In this document: positions 1 to 12,019 of the stretch, one piece after another | How positions within the stretch are numbered: position 1 is the stretch's first letter | How the letters are laid out: each line of letters begins with the position of its first letter | From: Deltaproteobacteria bacterium TL4 | GTDB taxonomy: Bacteria > SAR324 > NAC60-12 | DNA: 64,000 nucleotides | Reading direction: 5' to 3' | NCBI GenBank assembly: GCA_051382335.1 | Contig: JBBCAX010000090.1 | Location: forward strand, 2,075-66,074 | Translations under genes and position numbers: made by a program | The notes under the pieces: generated by a model | Seen by the model: the letters and a program-made list of their open reading frames with translations, nothing else | The model's database searches: none | Told to the model about the DNA's origin: nothing

Positions 1-3000
1 ATTACGACTGGGGTTTTCACGGGTGTATTGTGCGTCCATGAGACTCACTAAGAACTGACCTGATTTAAGAAGGGATTACGACGACATTATCCGCGCTACC
101 AACGCCTAATTGGTAGAGGTCTAAGAACTGACCTGATTTAAGAAGGGATTACGACGTTCCTTCGCGAAGTACCGCATTCCGGCCTATGTGGTATACTAAG
201 AACTGACCTGATTTAAGAAGGGATTACGACATTAAGGTGAAGACCTGAGGCGAGGGATAGAATGCATCTAAGAACTGACCTGATTTAAGAAGGGATTACG
301 ACGTAATGACGCGAACGCTTAAGGACCGCATAGTCACCTCTAAGAACTGACCTGATTTAAGAAGGGATTACGACGTTGTAGAGCCCAGTCCCTTGCGGAA
401 CTGGGGTGCTCTTCTAAGAACTGACCTGATTTAAGAAGGGATTACGACAGGGACGGAATGCATAGCATTCTATCCCTGCCTGGGACTAAGAACTGACCTG
501 ATTTAAGAAGGGATTACGACGCGGTTCCCGCTAGAGGTTCCGTTAAGGAACCTCCTTCTAAGAACTGACCTGATTTAAGAAGGGATTACGACGTAACTAC
601 CCTGGCTCCCTGCAGGTCCACTTGGGAGACACTAAGAACTGACCTGATTTAAGAAGGGATTACGACGTTGTAGAGCCCAGTCCCTTGCGGCACTGGGGTG
701 TTCTTCTAAGAACTGACCTGATTTAAGAAGGGATTACGACTCGTTTTTGTGTCAGGATGTCCCACGAAATGTGGGATTCCTAAGAACTGACCTGATTTAA
801 GAAGGGATTACGACTTAGGCCTCCTCGGGGAGGCTGTAGTACTCTACAGCCTCCTAAGAACTGACCTGATTTAAGAAGGGATTACGACCTCAGTAGACGT
901 GTTAGATAACATGGGCTAATTAAAGGCTAAGAACTGACCTGATTTAAGAAGGGATTACGACGATTGCCCAGTTAAGCCCAATTTTGGGCAAAAAAAAGCG
1001 CTAAGAACTGACCTGATTTAAGAAGGGATTACGACCGGAACTGGGGTGGTTTTGCACGTATCTCTGATCCATGAGCTAAGAACTGACCTGATTTAAGAAG
1101 GGATTACGACTTGATAAGGTCAGGACCGTTAGCAAAGATCCAATCCAACTAAGAACTGACCTGATTTAAGAAGGGATTACGACACGTAGTTGCGGCTACC
1201 TAAGTAGCCGCTGTAGACTTGCTAAGAACTGACCTGATTTAAGAAGGGATTACGATACGGCTCGGCCCGCCGTTCTTCGCCATTTACATACACTAAGAAC
1301 TGACCTGATTTAAGAAGGGATTACGATAAGCTTGCGGACCGTCGTTGGTACCCGTACACCTTACTAAGAACTGACCTGATTTAAGAAGGGATTACGATCA
1401 TTTCAGAACATTTGCCAGGCCTCAATGGACGTGTTAGACTAAGAACTGACCTGATTTAAGAAGGGATTACGATGCTTAATGACGACATACTGACGGCTTG
1501 ATTGGGGCTTGCTAAGAACTGACCTGATTTAAGAAGGGATTACGATTCGTAAACGTATGCTGGGTCCATGAGGCTTAGAGCTTGCTAAGAACTGACCTGA
1601 TTTAAGAAGGGATTACGATCGGAACTAGGGTGGTCGTAAACGTATGCAGGGTCCATCTAAGAACTGACCTGATTTAAGAAGGGATTACGATTTTTCCCTG
1701 GTTACCTCAATCATGGTAGAAACATCTTCTAAGAACTGACCTGATTTAAGAAGGGATTACGATATCACGGTGAAGACCCCGTCAGAGGACGGGTAGAACG
1801 CTCTAAGAACTGACCTGATTTAAGAAGGGATTACGATTTGCCCAGTCCCTTGCGGAACTAGGGTGGTCGTAAACGTCTAAGAACTGACCTGATTTAAGAA
1901 GGGATTACGATCTTTCCCTGTTGAATGGGAAAGCTGAGGCAAGCTTCCCCTAAGAACTGACCTGATTTAAGAAGGGATTACGATCAGGTCACCTGCTTCC
2001 TTGAGTCGTTTCGTCACCTGGACTAAGAACTGACCTGATTTAAGAAGGGATTACGATTAGGCTCTAGTTGTAGAGCCTATACGCTTTTTTTTGCCGGCTA
2101 AGAACTGACCTGATTTAAGAAGGGATTACGATGTTAATTAACTCAAGCTGAGCGTCTTGCATAAGCCTAACCTAAGAACTGACCTGATTTAAGAAGGGAT
2201 TACGATGCTACGTAGTTAGGTTCCATGAGGCTTAGAGCCTGCCTCTAAGAACTGACCTGATTTAAGAAGGGATTACGATTTCGCGGACGCACACTCCAAT
2301 GTAATCTCTTACATTATCCCTAAGAACTGACCTGATTTAAGAAGGGATTACGATCCTAGACAGTTAAGCGGTTCCCGCTAGAGGTTCCGTTCTAAGAACT
2401 GACCTGATTTAAGAAGGGATTACGATCTACCCCCTCGTTCGCCCTATTTGACTTTCCCTGTTGAATCTAAGAACTGACCTGATTTAAGAAGGGATTACGA
2501 TCAGTCCCTTGCGGAACTGGGATAGTTTATCACGTAGTCGCTAAGAACTGACCTGATTTAAGAAGGGATTACGATATCGCGTAGTCGGGTTCCATGAGGC
2601 TTAGCGCCTGCTCTAAGAACTGACCTGATTTAAGAAGGGATTACGATTCGTTCGCCCTATTGGACTTCCCCTGCTGGATGGGGAACTAAGAACTGACCTG
2701 ATTTAAGAAGGGATTACGATCATTCCACCCGTCCTTGTGTCCCTAAGGACACAATTCTCCTAAGAACTGACCTGATTTAAGAAGGGATTACGATCGGCCC
2801 GCTGTTCTTCGCCATTCACATACATGGCGAAGCTAAGAACTGACCTGATTTAAGAAGGGATTACGATATGATGGAGCCAAGCCCGTTGTCACGTAACCAC
2901 TGATGCTAAGAACTGACCTGATTTAAGAAGGGATTACGATCGATTCTTGTCAGTATGCGAGCATTTAAGCTCGACATACTTCTAAGAACTGACCTGATTT

Positions 3001-6000
3001 AAGAAGGGATTACGATCGACGTGTTAGATAACATGGTCCAATCAAAGGAGCTGCACTAAGAACTGACCTGATTTAAGAAGGGATTACGATCGGCCCGCTG
3101 TTCTTTGCCATTTATGTACATGGCGAAGGTCTAAGAACTGACCTGATTTAAGAAGGGATTACGATACTAAGGCACGGGTACCGATTTGCGCCAGGGTAAC
3201 TACCTAAGAACTGACCTGATTTAAGAAGGGATTACGATCGGACGCACATTTCAATGTAATCCCTTGCGTTATCCATACTAAGAACTGACCTGATTTAAGA
3301 AGGGATTACGATTAGCATACTAGTACGGACATTATCCGCGCTACCAATGCCCTAAGAACTGACCTGATTTAAGAAGGGATTACGATTGGGATAGTTTCGG
3401 ACGTATTCCACGTCCATGAAGCTTAGCTAAGAACTGACCTGATTTAAGAAGGGATTACGATCCGTAAGTTCTTCTCCTGATTTCATGTCCATTTTAGTCT
3501 AAGAACTGACCTGATTTAAGAAGGGATTACGATATTAGCGTGATATACCCCTAAATGGGGGGTTACACGCCTAAGAACTGACCTGATTTAAGAAGGGATT
3601 ACGATTCTACAACTAGAGCCTATACGCTTTTTGCCGGTTAACTAAGAACTGACCTGATTTAAGAAGGGATTACGATCCATGAGACTCAAAGCGAGTCTCA
3701 TGGAAACAGGAACTAAGAACTGACCTGATTTAAGAAGGGATTACGATTCAATGTAATCCCTTGCATTATCCATAATATTCTCCGCTAAGAACTGACCTGA
3801 TTTAAGAAGGGATTACGATATTGCCCCATTAAGCCCAAAATTGGGCAAAAAAAAAGCGCTAAGAACTGACCTGATTTAAGAAGGGATTACGATCCTCTAA
3901 GAAGAGGCTGTGTTGTGCCACAGCCTCTTCTTGCTAAGAACTGACCTGATTTAAGAAGGGATTACGATCTTCGTTTAGTCCGTCTCATATGCTACTCCTA
4001 GCGATATTCTAAGAACTGACCTGATTTAAGAAGGGATTACGATTCTAAGAAGAGGCTGTGTTGTGCCACAGCCTCTTCTTCTAAGAACTGACCTGATTTA
4101 AGAAGGGATTACGATCTTTTACTTTGGGTTTTTGTTAGCATGGCGTTTCCTTTTCTAAGAACTGACCTGATTTAAGAAGGGATTACGATGAATACATTGC
4201 TTGACGCACTCGTCAATGTAATCCCTTGCTAAGAACTGACCTGATTTAAGAAGGGATTACGATGTAGGCTTTAGCATCTCTGCTGTGCATGAACGCTGAT
4301 TTCCTAAGAACTGACCTGATTTAAGAAGGGATTACGATTGACTCCAGAGCTGTAGGCCCCTCAAGTAGCATCTCGAAACTAAGAACTGACCTGATTTAAG
4401 AAGGGATTACGATGCTGTGTTGTGCCACAGCCTCCTCTTCTAGTTGTAACGCTAAGAACTGACCTGATTTAAGAAGGGATTACGATTACACGGCGAAGGA
4501 AGCGGACCGTCTCTGGTACCCATACGCTAAGAACTGACCTGATTTAAGAAGGGATTACGATTTGCGCGTATACGCTTTTTGCCAGTTAAGGTACTGGCAA
4601 ACCTAAGAACTGACCTGATTTAAGAAGGGATTACGATTTGCCCCATTTTTTTACCCATTTTGGGCAAAAAAAAGCGTACTAAGAACTGACCTGATTTAAG
4701 AAGGGATTACGATCTAAACACTCTGCCAGTGCTGCCACAGTCTCGCTATGCTAAGAACTGACCTGATTTAAGAAGGGATTACGATCCTTTTTGACGCAAT
4801 CGTCAATGTAATCCCTTGCATTATCTAAGAACTGACCTGATTTAAGAAGGGATTACGATATTGCCACATATCCCATAATATTCTCCTATGGAATGTTCTA
4901 AGAACTGACCTGATTTAAGAAGGGATTACGATTCCGCATACTAGTACGGACATTATCCGCGCTACCAACCTAAGAACTGACCTGATTTAAGAAGGGATTA
5001 CGATTACATGGCGAAGGTTGCGGACCGTCTTTGGTACCCATACTAAGAACTGACCTGATTTAAGAAGGGATTACGATTTGCCATACGCCATCTGAGGATT
5101 CCCAATAGGTATTATGCTAAGAACTGACCTGATTTAAGAAGGGATTACGATAATAGGCCCTATAATGCTTAAGGCCGCTTTTAAGACTCTAAGAACTGAC
5201 CTGATTTAAGAAGGGATTACGATACGCTCTACCACTAGAGTGTATATGCTTTTTGCCAGTTACTAAGAACTGACCTGATTTAAGAAGGGATTACGATATA
5301 TGCTACTCCTAGCGATATTAGCGTGATATACCCCCTAAGAACTGACCTGATTTAAGAAGGGATTACGATAAGGTGAAGATCCCGTCAGAGGACGGATAGA
5401 ATGCATACTAAGAACTGACCTGATTTAAGAAGGGATTACGATAAGTCTCATGGAAAAGGAGATTCCCTTTTTGACGCAATCGCTAAGAACTGACCTGATT
5501 TAAGAAGGGATTACGATAAAGGCGTCTTCCTCTTTCTGTGAAAGAGGAGGAACATAACTAAGAACTGACCTGATTTAAGAAGGGATTACGATGAGGGAAT
5601 CAGGGACACTGCCTTCATTTCACGCAGTATCTCTAAGAACTGACCTGATTTAAGAAGGGATTACGATCCTGCCGCCTTGCAGGTCTACCTGAGAGACAAT
5701 CGTCCCTCTAAGAACTGACCTGATTTAAGAAGGGATTACGATCCTTGGAGAGGCCGGTTGTAAGGGAGAAACTCTTCAGTTCTAAGAACTGACCTGATTT
5801 AAGAAGGGATTACGATTCCGCATACTACTACGGACATTATCCGCGCTACCAATGCTAAGAACTGACCTGATTTAAGAAGGGATTACGATCTTTTCGCGTC
5901 AGTGCCTAGTGTCACAATGTGACAATCTAAGAACTGACCTGATTTAAGAAGGGATTACGATCAGTGTCTAGTGTCACAATGTGACAATAGACTATGTCAA

Positions 6001-9000
6001 CTAAGAACTGACCTGATTTAAGAAGGGATTACGATTCGAACGAGTCCACGCCGATTAGTGTCCCTAGGGACACTAAGAACTGACCTGATTTAAGAAGGGA
6101 TTACGATCATGGAAAATGAGACTCCCCTCCTGACGCAATCGTCAATCTAAGAACTGACCTGATTTAAGAAGGGATTACGATAAGATTAGGCGATTCCTGC
6201 TGTACCGTATAGGCCTAGACTAAGAACTGACCTGATTTAAGAAGGGATTACGATCGGCACTGGGGTTGCTTAGGACGTAGTTTGCGTCCATGAGCTAAGA
6301 ACTGACCTGATTTAAGAAGGGATTACGATATGAACTCGAACGAGTCCACGCCGATTAGTGTCCCTAGGCTAAGAACTGACCTGATTTAAGAAGGGATTAC
6401 GATCGAGGGAGCACAGTTGTGCTCAGAATCGCTACATATTCCCTAAGAACTGACCTGATTTAAGAAGGGATTACGACCCGCTCTTCTAAAAGTTGTTTAG
6501 TGTCTGGGTGCCCCACCCAAGAACTGACCTGATTTAAGAAGGGATTACGACCTTGCAGACCTTCTTTGGTAGCCGTATGCCTTAATCAACCAAGAACTGA
6601 CCTGATTTAAGAAGGGATTACGACTTTTGTCTTTTTGTAAGGATCTAGGGGTTTTTCTTACAGCCAAGAACTGACCTGATTTAAGAAGGGATTACGACAT
6701 GGCTTGCAACCGTGTGATATCGCTACAAATAGAGATTTCCAAGAACTGACCTGATTTAAGAAGGGATTACGACGGTGGATTTCTGCTGTGCCTTAATGGT
6801 CTTGACAGTTCCAAGAACTGACCTGATTTAAGAAGGGATTACGACCACACCCCTTTTTCAGAGGTTCTGAGAGTTTTGGAGTATGCCAAGAACTGACCTG
6901 ATTTAAGAAGGGATTACGACATGAACTCATACGAGTCCACCCCGGTTAGTGTCCCAACCAAGAACTGACCTGATTTAAGAAGGGATTACGACCCATATCT
7001 CTACCTCCCCAGATAAAGTTAACAATAATTCCAAGAACTGACCTGATTTAAGAAGGGATTACGACTTGAAATTCGAAGTATGCAATGCCTTGATTGCCAT
7101 TGACCCAAGAACTGACCTGATTTAAGAAGGGATTACGACTTCCTCTCGATACAACCTGAATACCCCCATTGGAGGTATTCCAAGAACTGACCTGATTTAA
7201 GAAGGGATTACGACTTCTTCACTTGAGAGGAGTACCCATTGCAGGGTATCCTCATCCAAGAACTGACCTGATTTAAGAAGGGATTACGACCTCCCGGAAT
7301 CTGGCGCTACATGGCCTTCATCATAGCGAACCAAGAACTGACCTGATTTAAGAAGGGATTACGACTACGAATTCGCTTGCTCTGCATTTATATTTTCCAT
7401 TTTACCAAGAACTGACCTGATTTAAGAAGGGATTACGACAGCAGGGTCACAAACCTGCTCCCCTGCAGGTCTACCCTCCAAGAACTGACCTGATTTAAGA
7501 AGGGATTACGACCATCACACTACCCCTTTCGGGTAACTTCGTTTAGTCCGTCCAAGAACTGACCTGATTTAAGAAGGGATTACGACCGGCCATAACAGCC
7601 GATTTATACTCTTCATTGTTGGAACCAAGAACTGACCTGATTTAAGAAGGGATTACGACAAAGGCAACACAGTGGTGCTCAATATAGCTACAAATTCCCC
7701 AAGAACTGACCTGATTTAAGAAGGGATTACGACCGGGTTAGACACGCTTGATGTGTTAAGGGAGTTTATCCCCCAAGAACTGACCTGATTTAAGAAGGGA
7801 TTACGACCATCGAAATTCGTATAGTCGCTCCATTGAGCGCCTTTTGCGACCAAGAACTGACCTGATTTAAGAAGGGATTACGACCATCTCCTCCACCGAA
7901 AACGCATCGTAAAGATGCGATTCGGCCAAGAACTGACCTGATTTAAGAAGGGATTACGACAGGGATGATCGGACATTCTTCTCCAAGTTACTGGTTAAGC
8001 CAAGAACTGACCTGATTTAAGAAGGGATTACGACGCAGTACCCTAGCGTTTGGACGGTATACGTTCCGTCCAACCAAGAACTGACCTGATTTAAGAAGGG
8101 ATTACGACTTCCTCGCTGGATAGGAGTACCCATTGCAGGGTATCCTCCAAGAACTGACCTGATTTAAGAAGGGATTACGACAGTCGGTTTGTGACTAGGA
8201 CGTCTTCAGAAGAAGGCGCACCAAGAACTGACCTGATTTAAGAAGGGATTACGACTCTAGGTCTTGCTCCTCACCCTCGATGCTTCCCACAACCAAGAAC
8301 TGACCTGATTTAAGAAGGGATTACGACTCAGGGCATTTCTCCAGCGTTTGGACGGAATAAGTTCCGCCAAGAACTGACCTGATTTAAGAAGGGATTACGA
8401 CATCATAAAGATGCGATTCGGTGTCTGAAATTACAAGCACATCCAAGAACTGACCTGATTTAAGAAGGGATTACGACCCATTACTGGGGTCATCTCCTCG
8501 CTGGTGAGGAGTACCCATCCAAGAACTGACCTGATTTAAGAAGGGATTACGACCGTAACTGTCACGACTTGGTTTTCACGAACAGACTTGACCCAAGAAC
8601 TGACCTGATTTAAGAAGGGATTACGACTTTTATTAGCCCTGCGGCTAATAAAACCGCGGGCTCTGCCCAAGAACTGACCTGATTTAAGAAGGGATTACGA
8701 CAGGCCGACAAAATTGTTACTTCCTAAGTAGCAACCGTACCAAGAACTGACCTGATTTAAGAAGGGATTACGACGTTCTGGAGCCTGCTCTGAAGCCCCT
8801 GTTTCGCCCTGACCAAGAACTGACCTGATTTAAGAAGGGATTACGACCCTTGTTGACTTCCCTTGTTGAATAGGGACACACAGACACCAAGAACTGACCT
8901 GATTTAAGAAGGGATTACGACCTGGTTTCACGAACAGACTAGACCTATAAGGTCTAGTCCAAGAACTGACCTGATTTAAGAAGGGATTACGACCCGGATA

Positions 9001-11714
9001 TGATTTCCAGGTCTTCAACGATTAAGGTGAAGACCCAAGAACTGACCTGATTTAAGAAGGGATTACGACGTTTCCCAAAGGATTCCATTATACATATCCC
9101 TCCTTAACCAAGAACTGACCTGATTTAAGAAGGGATTACGACTTAATTTCATGGTTCGTGTACTGTAGCACACCTCGCAAGTCCAAGAACTGACCTGATT
9201 TAAGAAGGGATTACGACTCTGCATAACCCTTTCTCCATTAGGGGTTTTTTGGGCAAGCCAAGAACTGACCTGATTTAAGAAGGGATTACGACGCCCGCAT
9301 TGCTTCACCATTCACATACATGGTGAAGCTGCCAAGAACTGACCTGATTTAAGAAGGGATTACGACATAGGGTGTTCAGCCTCATTTAGAAAGACCAGTA
9401 CTTCCAAGAACTGACCTGATTTAAGAAGGGATTACGACAATTCGGCCATAACAGCCGATTTATAAGCCGATTTATATCCAAGAACTGACCTGATTTAAGA
9501 AGGGATTACGACAGCATAGATATTCCTATCAAATGCCCCGATATGGTCCTTGCCAAGAACTGACCTGATTTAAGAAGGGATTACGACAAATTCCATAAAT
9601 CTCCTTTATGGCAAGTTTTTTGGGCAACCAAGAACTGACCTGATTTAAGAAGGGATTACGACAATAGGAGCCGTACACTACACTGGACCCCATTACAGGG
9701 CCAAGAACTGACCTGATTTAAGAAGGGATTACGACGAGCTTTTTTCTGCCACAATCTGGACGCCCCAGCGTCCCCAAGAACTGACCTGATTTAAGAAGGG
9801 ATTACGACATAGCACTCTACCCCCGCTTGAGTACCTAAGCTCTCAACCAAGAACTGACCTGATTTAAGAAGGGATTACGACCCGCCCGCCTAGCTTCACC
9901 ATGTATGTACATGGTGAAACTGCCAAGAACTGACCTGATTTAAGAAGGGATTACGACAATTCACTCCTGAAGGTTTCAATGCTTACCACATCGACCAAGA
10001 ACTGACCTGATTTAAGAAGGGATTACGACCGGTTACAGTAGCTGGGACTGCTACTTTGTATGTGTCCGACCAAGAACTGACCTGATTTAAGAAGGGATTA
10101 CGACGTCGTTAACCCTTTAGTGAACTTGCGTACCTGCGCCAAGTCCAAGAACTGACCTGATTTAAGAAGGGATTACGACGCTCTGTCAGAAAACCCTCTT
10201 CACGTATAAATTTGCCTCCAAGAACTGACCTGATTTAAGAAGGGATTACGACAGCTTCTCGTTAGTGTTGGGATTACGGTAGGTCCCCTGCCAAGAACTG
10301 ACCTGATTTAAGAAGGGATTACGACTCCGGAATTGTTCAGCTTGGGTAGCAATCCAATTCAGGACCAAGAACTGACCTGATTTAAGAAGGGATTACGACC
10401 CAGGAGTAAGACATTGGTATAAATCCTGATCGCAAGACCAAGAACTGACCTGATTTAAGAAGGGATTACGACGCTCCGCCCAGATTTCTACCCTGAAATA
10501 ATTTTGTTCAGCCAAGAACTGACCTGATTTAAGAAGGGATTACGACGTCTTAGACCTCTGTTATATTTTTAACAGATTTTTGTTCCAAGAACTGACCTGA
10601 TTTAAGAAGGGATTACGACATCTACTAAGTCCCTCACGTCTGTGAGGGAAGTGCATTTTCCAAGAACTGACCTGATTTAAGAAGGGATTACGACAAGCAA
10701 TTCGCGTCAATACACGCACGCTTAAATTCGCCCCAAGAACTGACCTGATTTAAGAAGGGATTACGACGGGTTCCAAGACGCAATGCTTATTGTAAGGGTT
10801 TCCATACCAAGAACTGACCTGATTTAAGAAGGGATTACGACCCTAACTTTCAGGCCGGCAAACAGTTTGGAAGGAGCCGGGATCCAAGAACTGACCTGAT
10901 TTAAGAAGGGATTACGACCCTCTGAACTCCATCACCCTGTCTTCTTTAATAAGGAGACCCAAGAACTGACCTGATTTAAGAAGGGATTACGACGTGCCTT
11001 CATTCCAGCCGTTGTGGCCAGAAACTACTCGACCAAGAACTGACCTGATTTAAGAAGGGATTACGACCTTCTCCATAATCGATGTTATCTTCATTTTAGT
11101 CTCTCCCAAGAACTGACCTGATTTAAGAAGGGATTACGACGATTTAATATTATCACGTCTCCTGAGAGCATGTCTTCTGCCAAGAACTGACCTGATTTAA
11201 GAAGGGATTACGACTTATGACTTATCTCAGGTCATTTAGTTATTTTCCCCAAACCAAGAACTGACCTGATTTAAGAAGGGATTACGACTAAATGTCTTGT
11301 ACTCGGGTCTTGATAGTGCTTACAGCCAAGAACTGACCTGATTTAAGAAGGGATTACGACCTTACCACATTTCGAGTAATCTGACGATTTGACAACACAT
11401 CCAAGAACTGACCTGATTTAAGAAGGGATTACGACATGTGTATCATTTCTTGGATATACCTCCCCTTGGAGGCCGAGAACTGACCTGATTTAAGAAGGGA
11501 TTACGACTAATAAGTTTATATAATTATAAATGTTTTCTCTTTATTCCGAGAACTGACCTGATTTAAGAAGGGATTACGACTGCTCAGTAGTATACTCAAC
11601 CACTGAGCACCCTTTTTACCGAGAACTGACCTGATTTAAGAAGAGATTACGACCGGACGTCCTCGCGGTCCGTCCAGAAGTTCAGAGCATCCCCGAGAAC
11701 TGACCTGATTTAAG
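1..11714 (+). CRISPR. Large CRISPR array (~160 repeat-spacer units, 35-bp repeat C(T/C)(A/G)AGAACTGACCTGATTTAAGAAGGGATTACGA(C/T), spacers ~36-41 bp), type III-like; begins before the window
   Basis: Repeat recurs every ~73 bp from position 1 (partial) to a mutated repeat at 11619 and a truncated one at 11693-11714. The degenerate right end and the ATTACGAC 3' end (8-nt handle-like) imply + strand transcription with the leader to the left. Unit count is estimated from length/period. No cas genes in the window. Confidence 0.98.
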
Positions 11715-11737
11715 TAAGACGGGACAGCCATCATTTC

Positions 11738-11826
11738 AGTAGGTTGGGTAGAGCGGTAGCGAAACCCAACATCCAGGCAGTAATGTCCGTTTTTCGTTGG
11801 GTTTCGCTACGCTCTACCCAACCTAC
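11738..11826. repeat. REP doublet (REPIN-like), GTAG-family palindromic element
   Basis: GTAGGTTGGGTAGAGCGGTAGCGAAACCCAAC followed by its near-perfect inverted copy GTTGGGTTTCGCTACGCTCTACCCAACCTAC. Confidence 0.75.
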
Positions 11827-11849
11827 GTTTTTGTCCCACTTTAGACCGG

Positions 11850-11999
11850 TAGCCCTTTTTTTAACCACGAAAAACACTAAAAACACGAAATAAAACCTGC
11901 AAAATAGGGTTTCACGGAGGAATTCATTTATTAAAAAATCATTTATTTCGTGTTTTTCGTGTTTTTCTTGGTTAATTTTCAAACCACCTGCACAGCTCG
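11850..11999. mobile_element. MITE-like element, copy 1 (left terminal repeat missing)
   Basis: Near-identical to 19245-19390; internal inverted AACCACGAAAAACAC.../GTGTTTTTCGTG...GGTT arms; ends in ACCTGCACAGCTCG. Confidence 0.7.
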
Positions 12000-12019
12000 A
12001 AAAATATCAAAATCTTTTT

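Noticed and set aside
3239-4824. GTAATCCCTT in several spacers is complementary to AAGGGATTAC of the repeat
   Set aside because: Only 10 nt, explained by the Arg-Asp-Tyr codons, and in the wrong sense to act as an anti-tag; chance cannot be excluded
9-6295. Diversity-generating retroelement as the cause of ORF A variation
   Set aside because: Changes are not confined to adenine positions, and no RT or template repeat is visible
8830-9311. ORFs with repeating RNPFLNQVSSW
   Set aside because: Reverse translation of CRISPR repeats; open only because the spacers are coding on that strand
1-11692. Identifying the spacer target as an Obelisk/viroid-like RNA or levivirus
   Set aside because: No Oblin, RdRp, maturation or coat motif recognised; many short ORFs and local hairpins do not fit a single 1-kb rod. 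Left open pending searches.
11731-11982. ORF MKINQEKHEKHE (and its twin at 19080-19373)
   Set aside because: Read-through of the MITE's internal repeats
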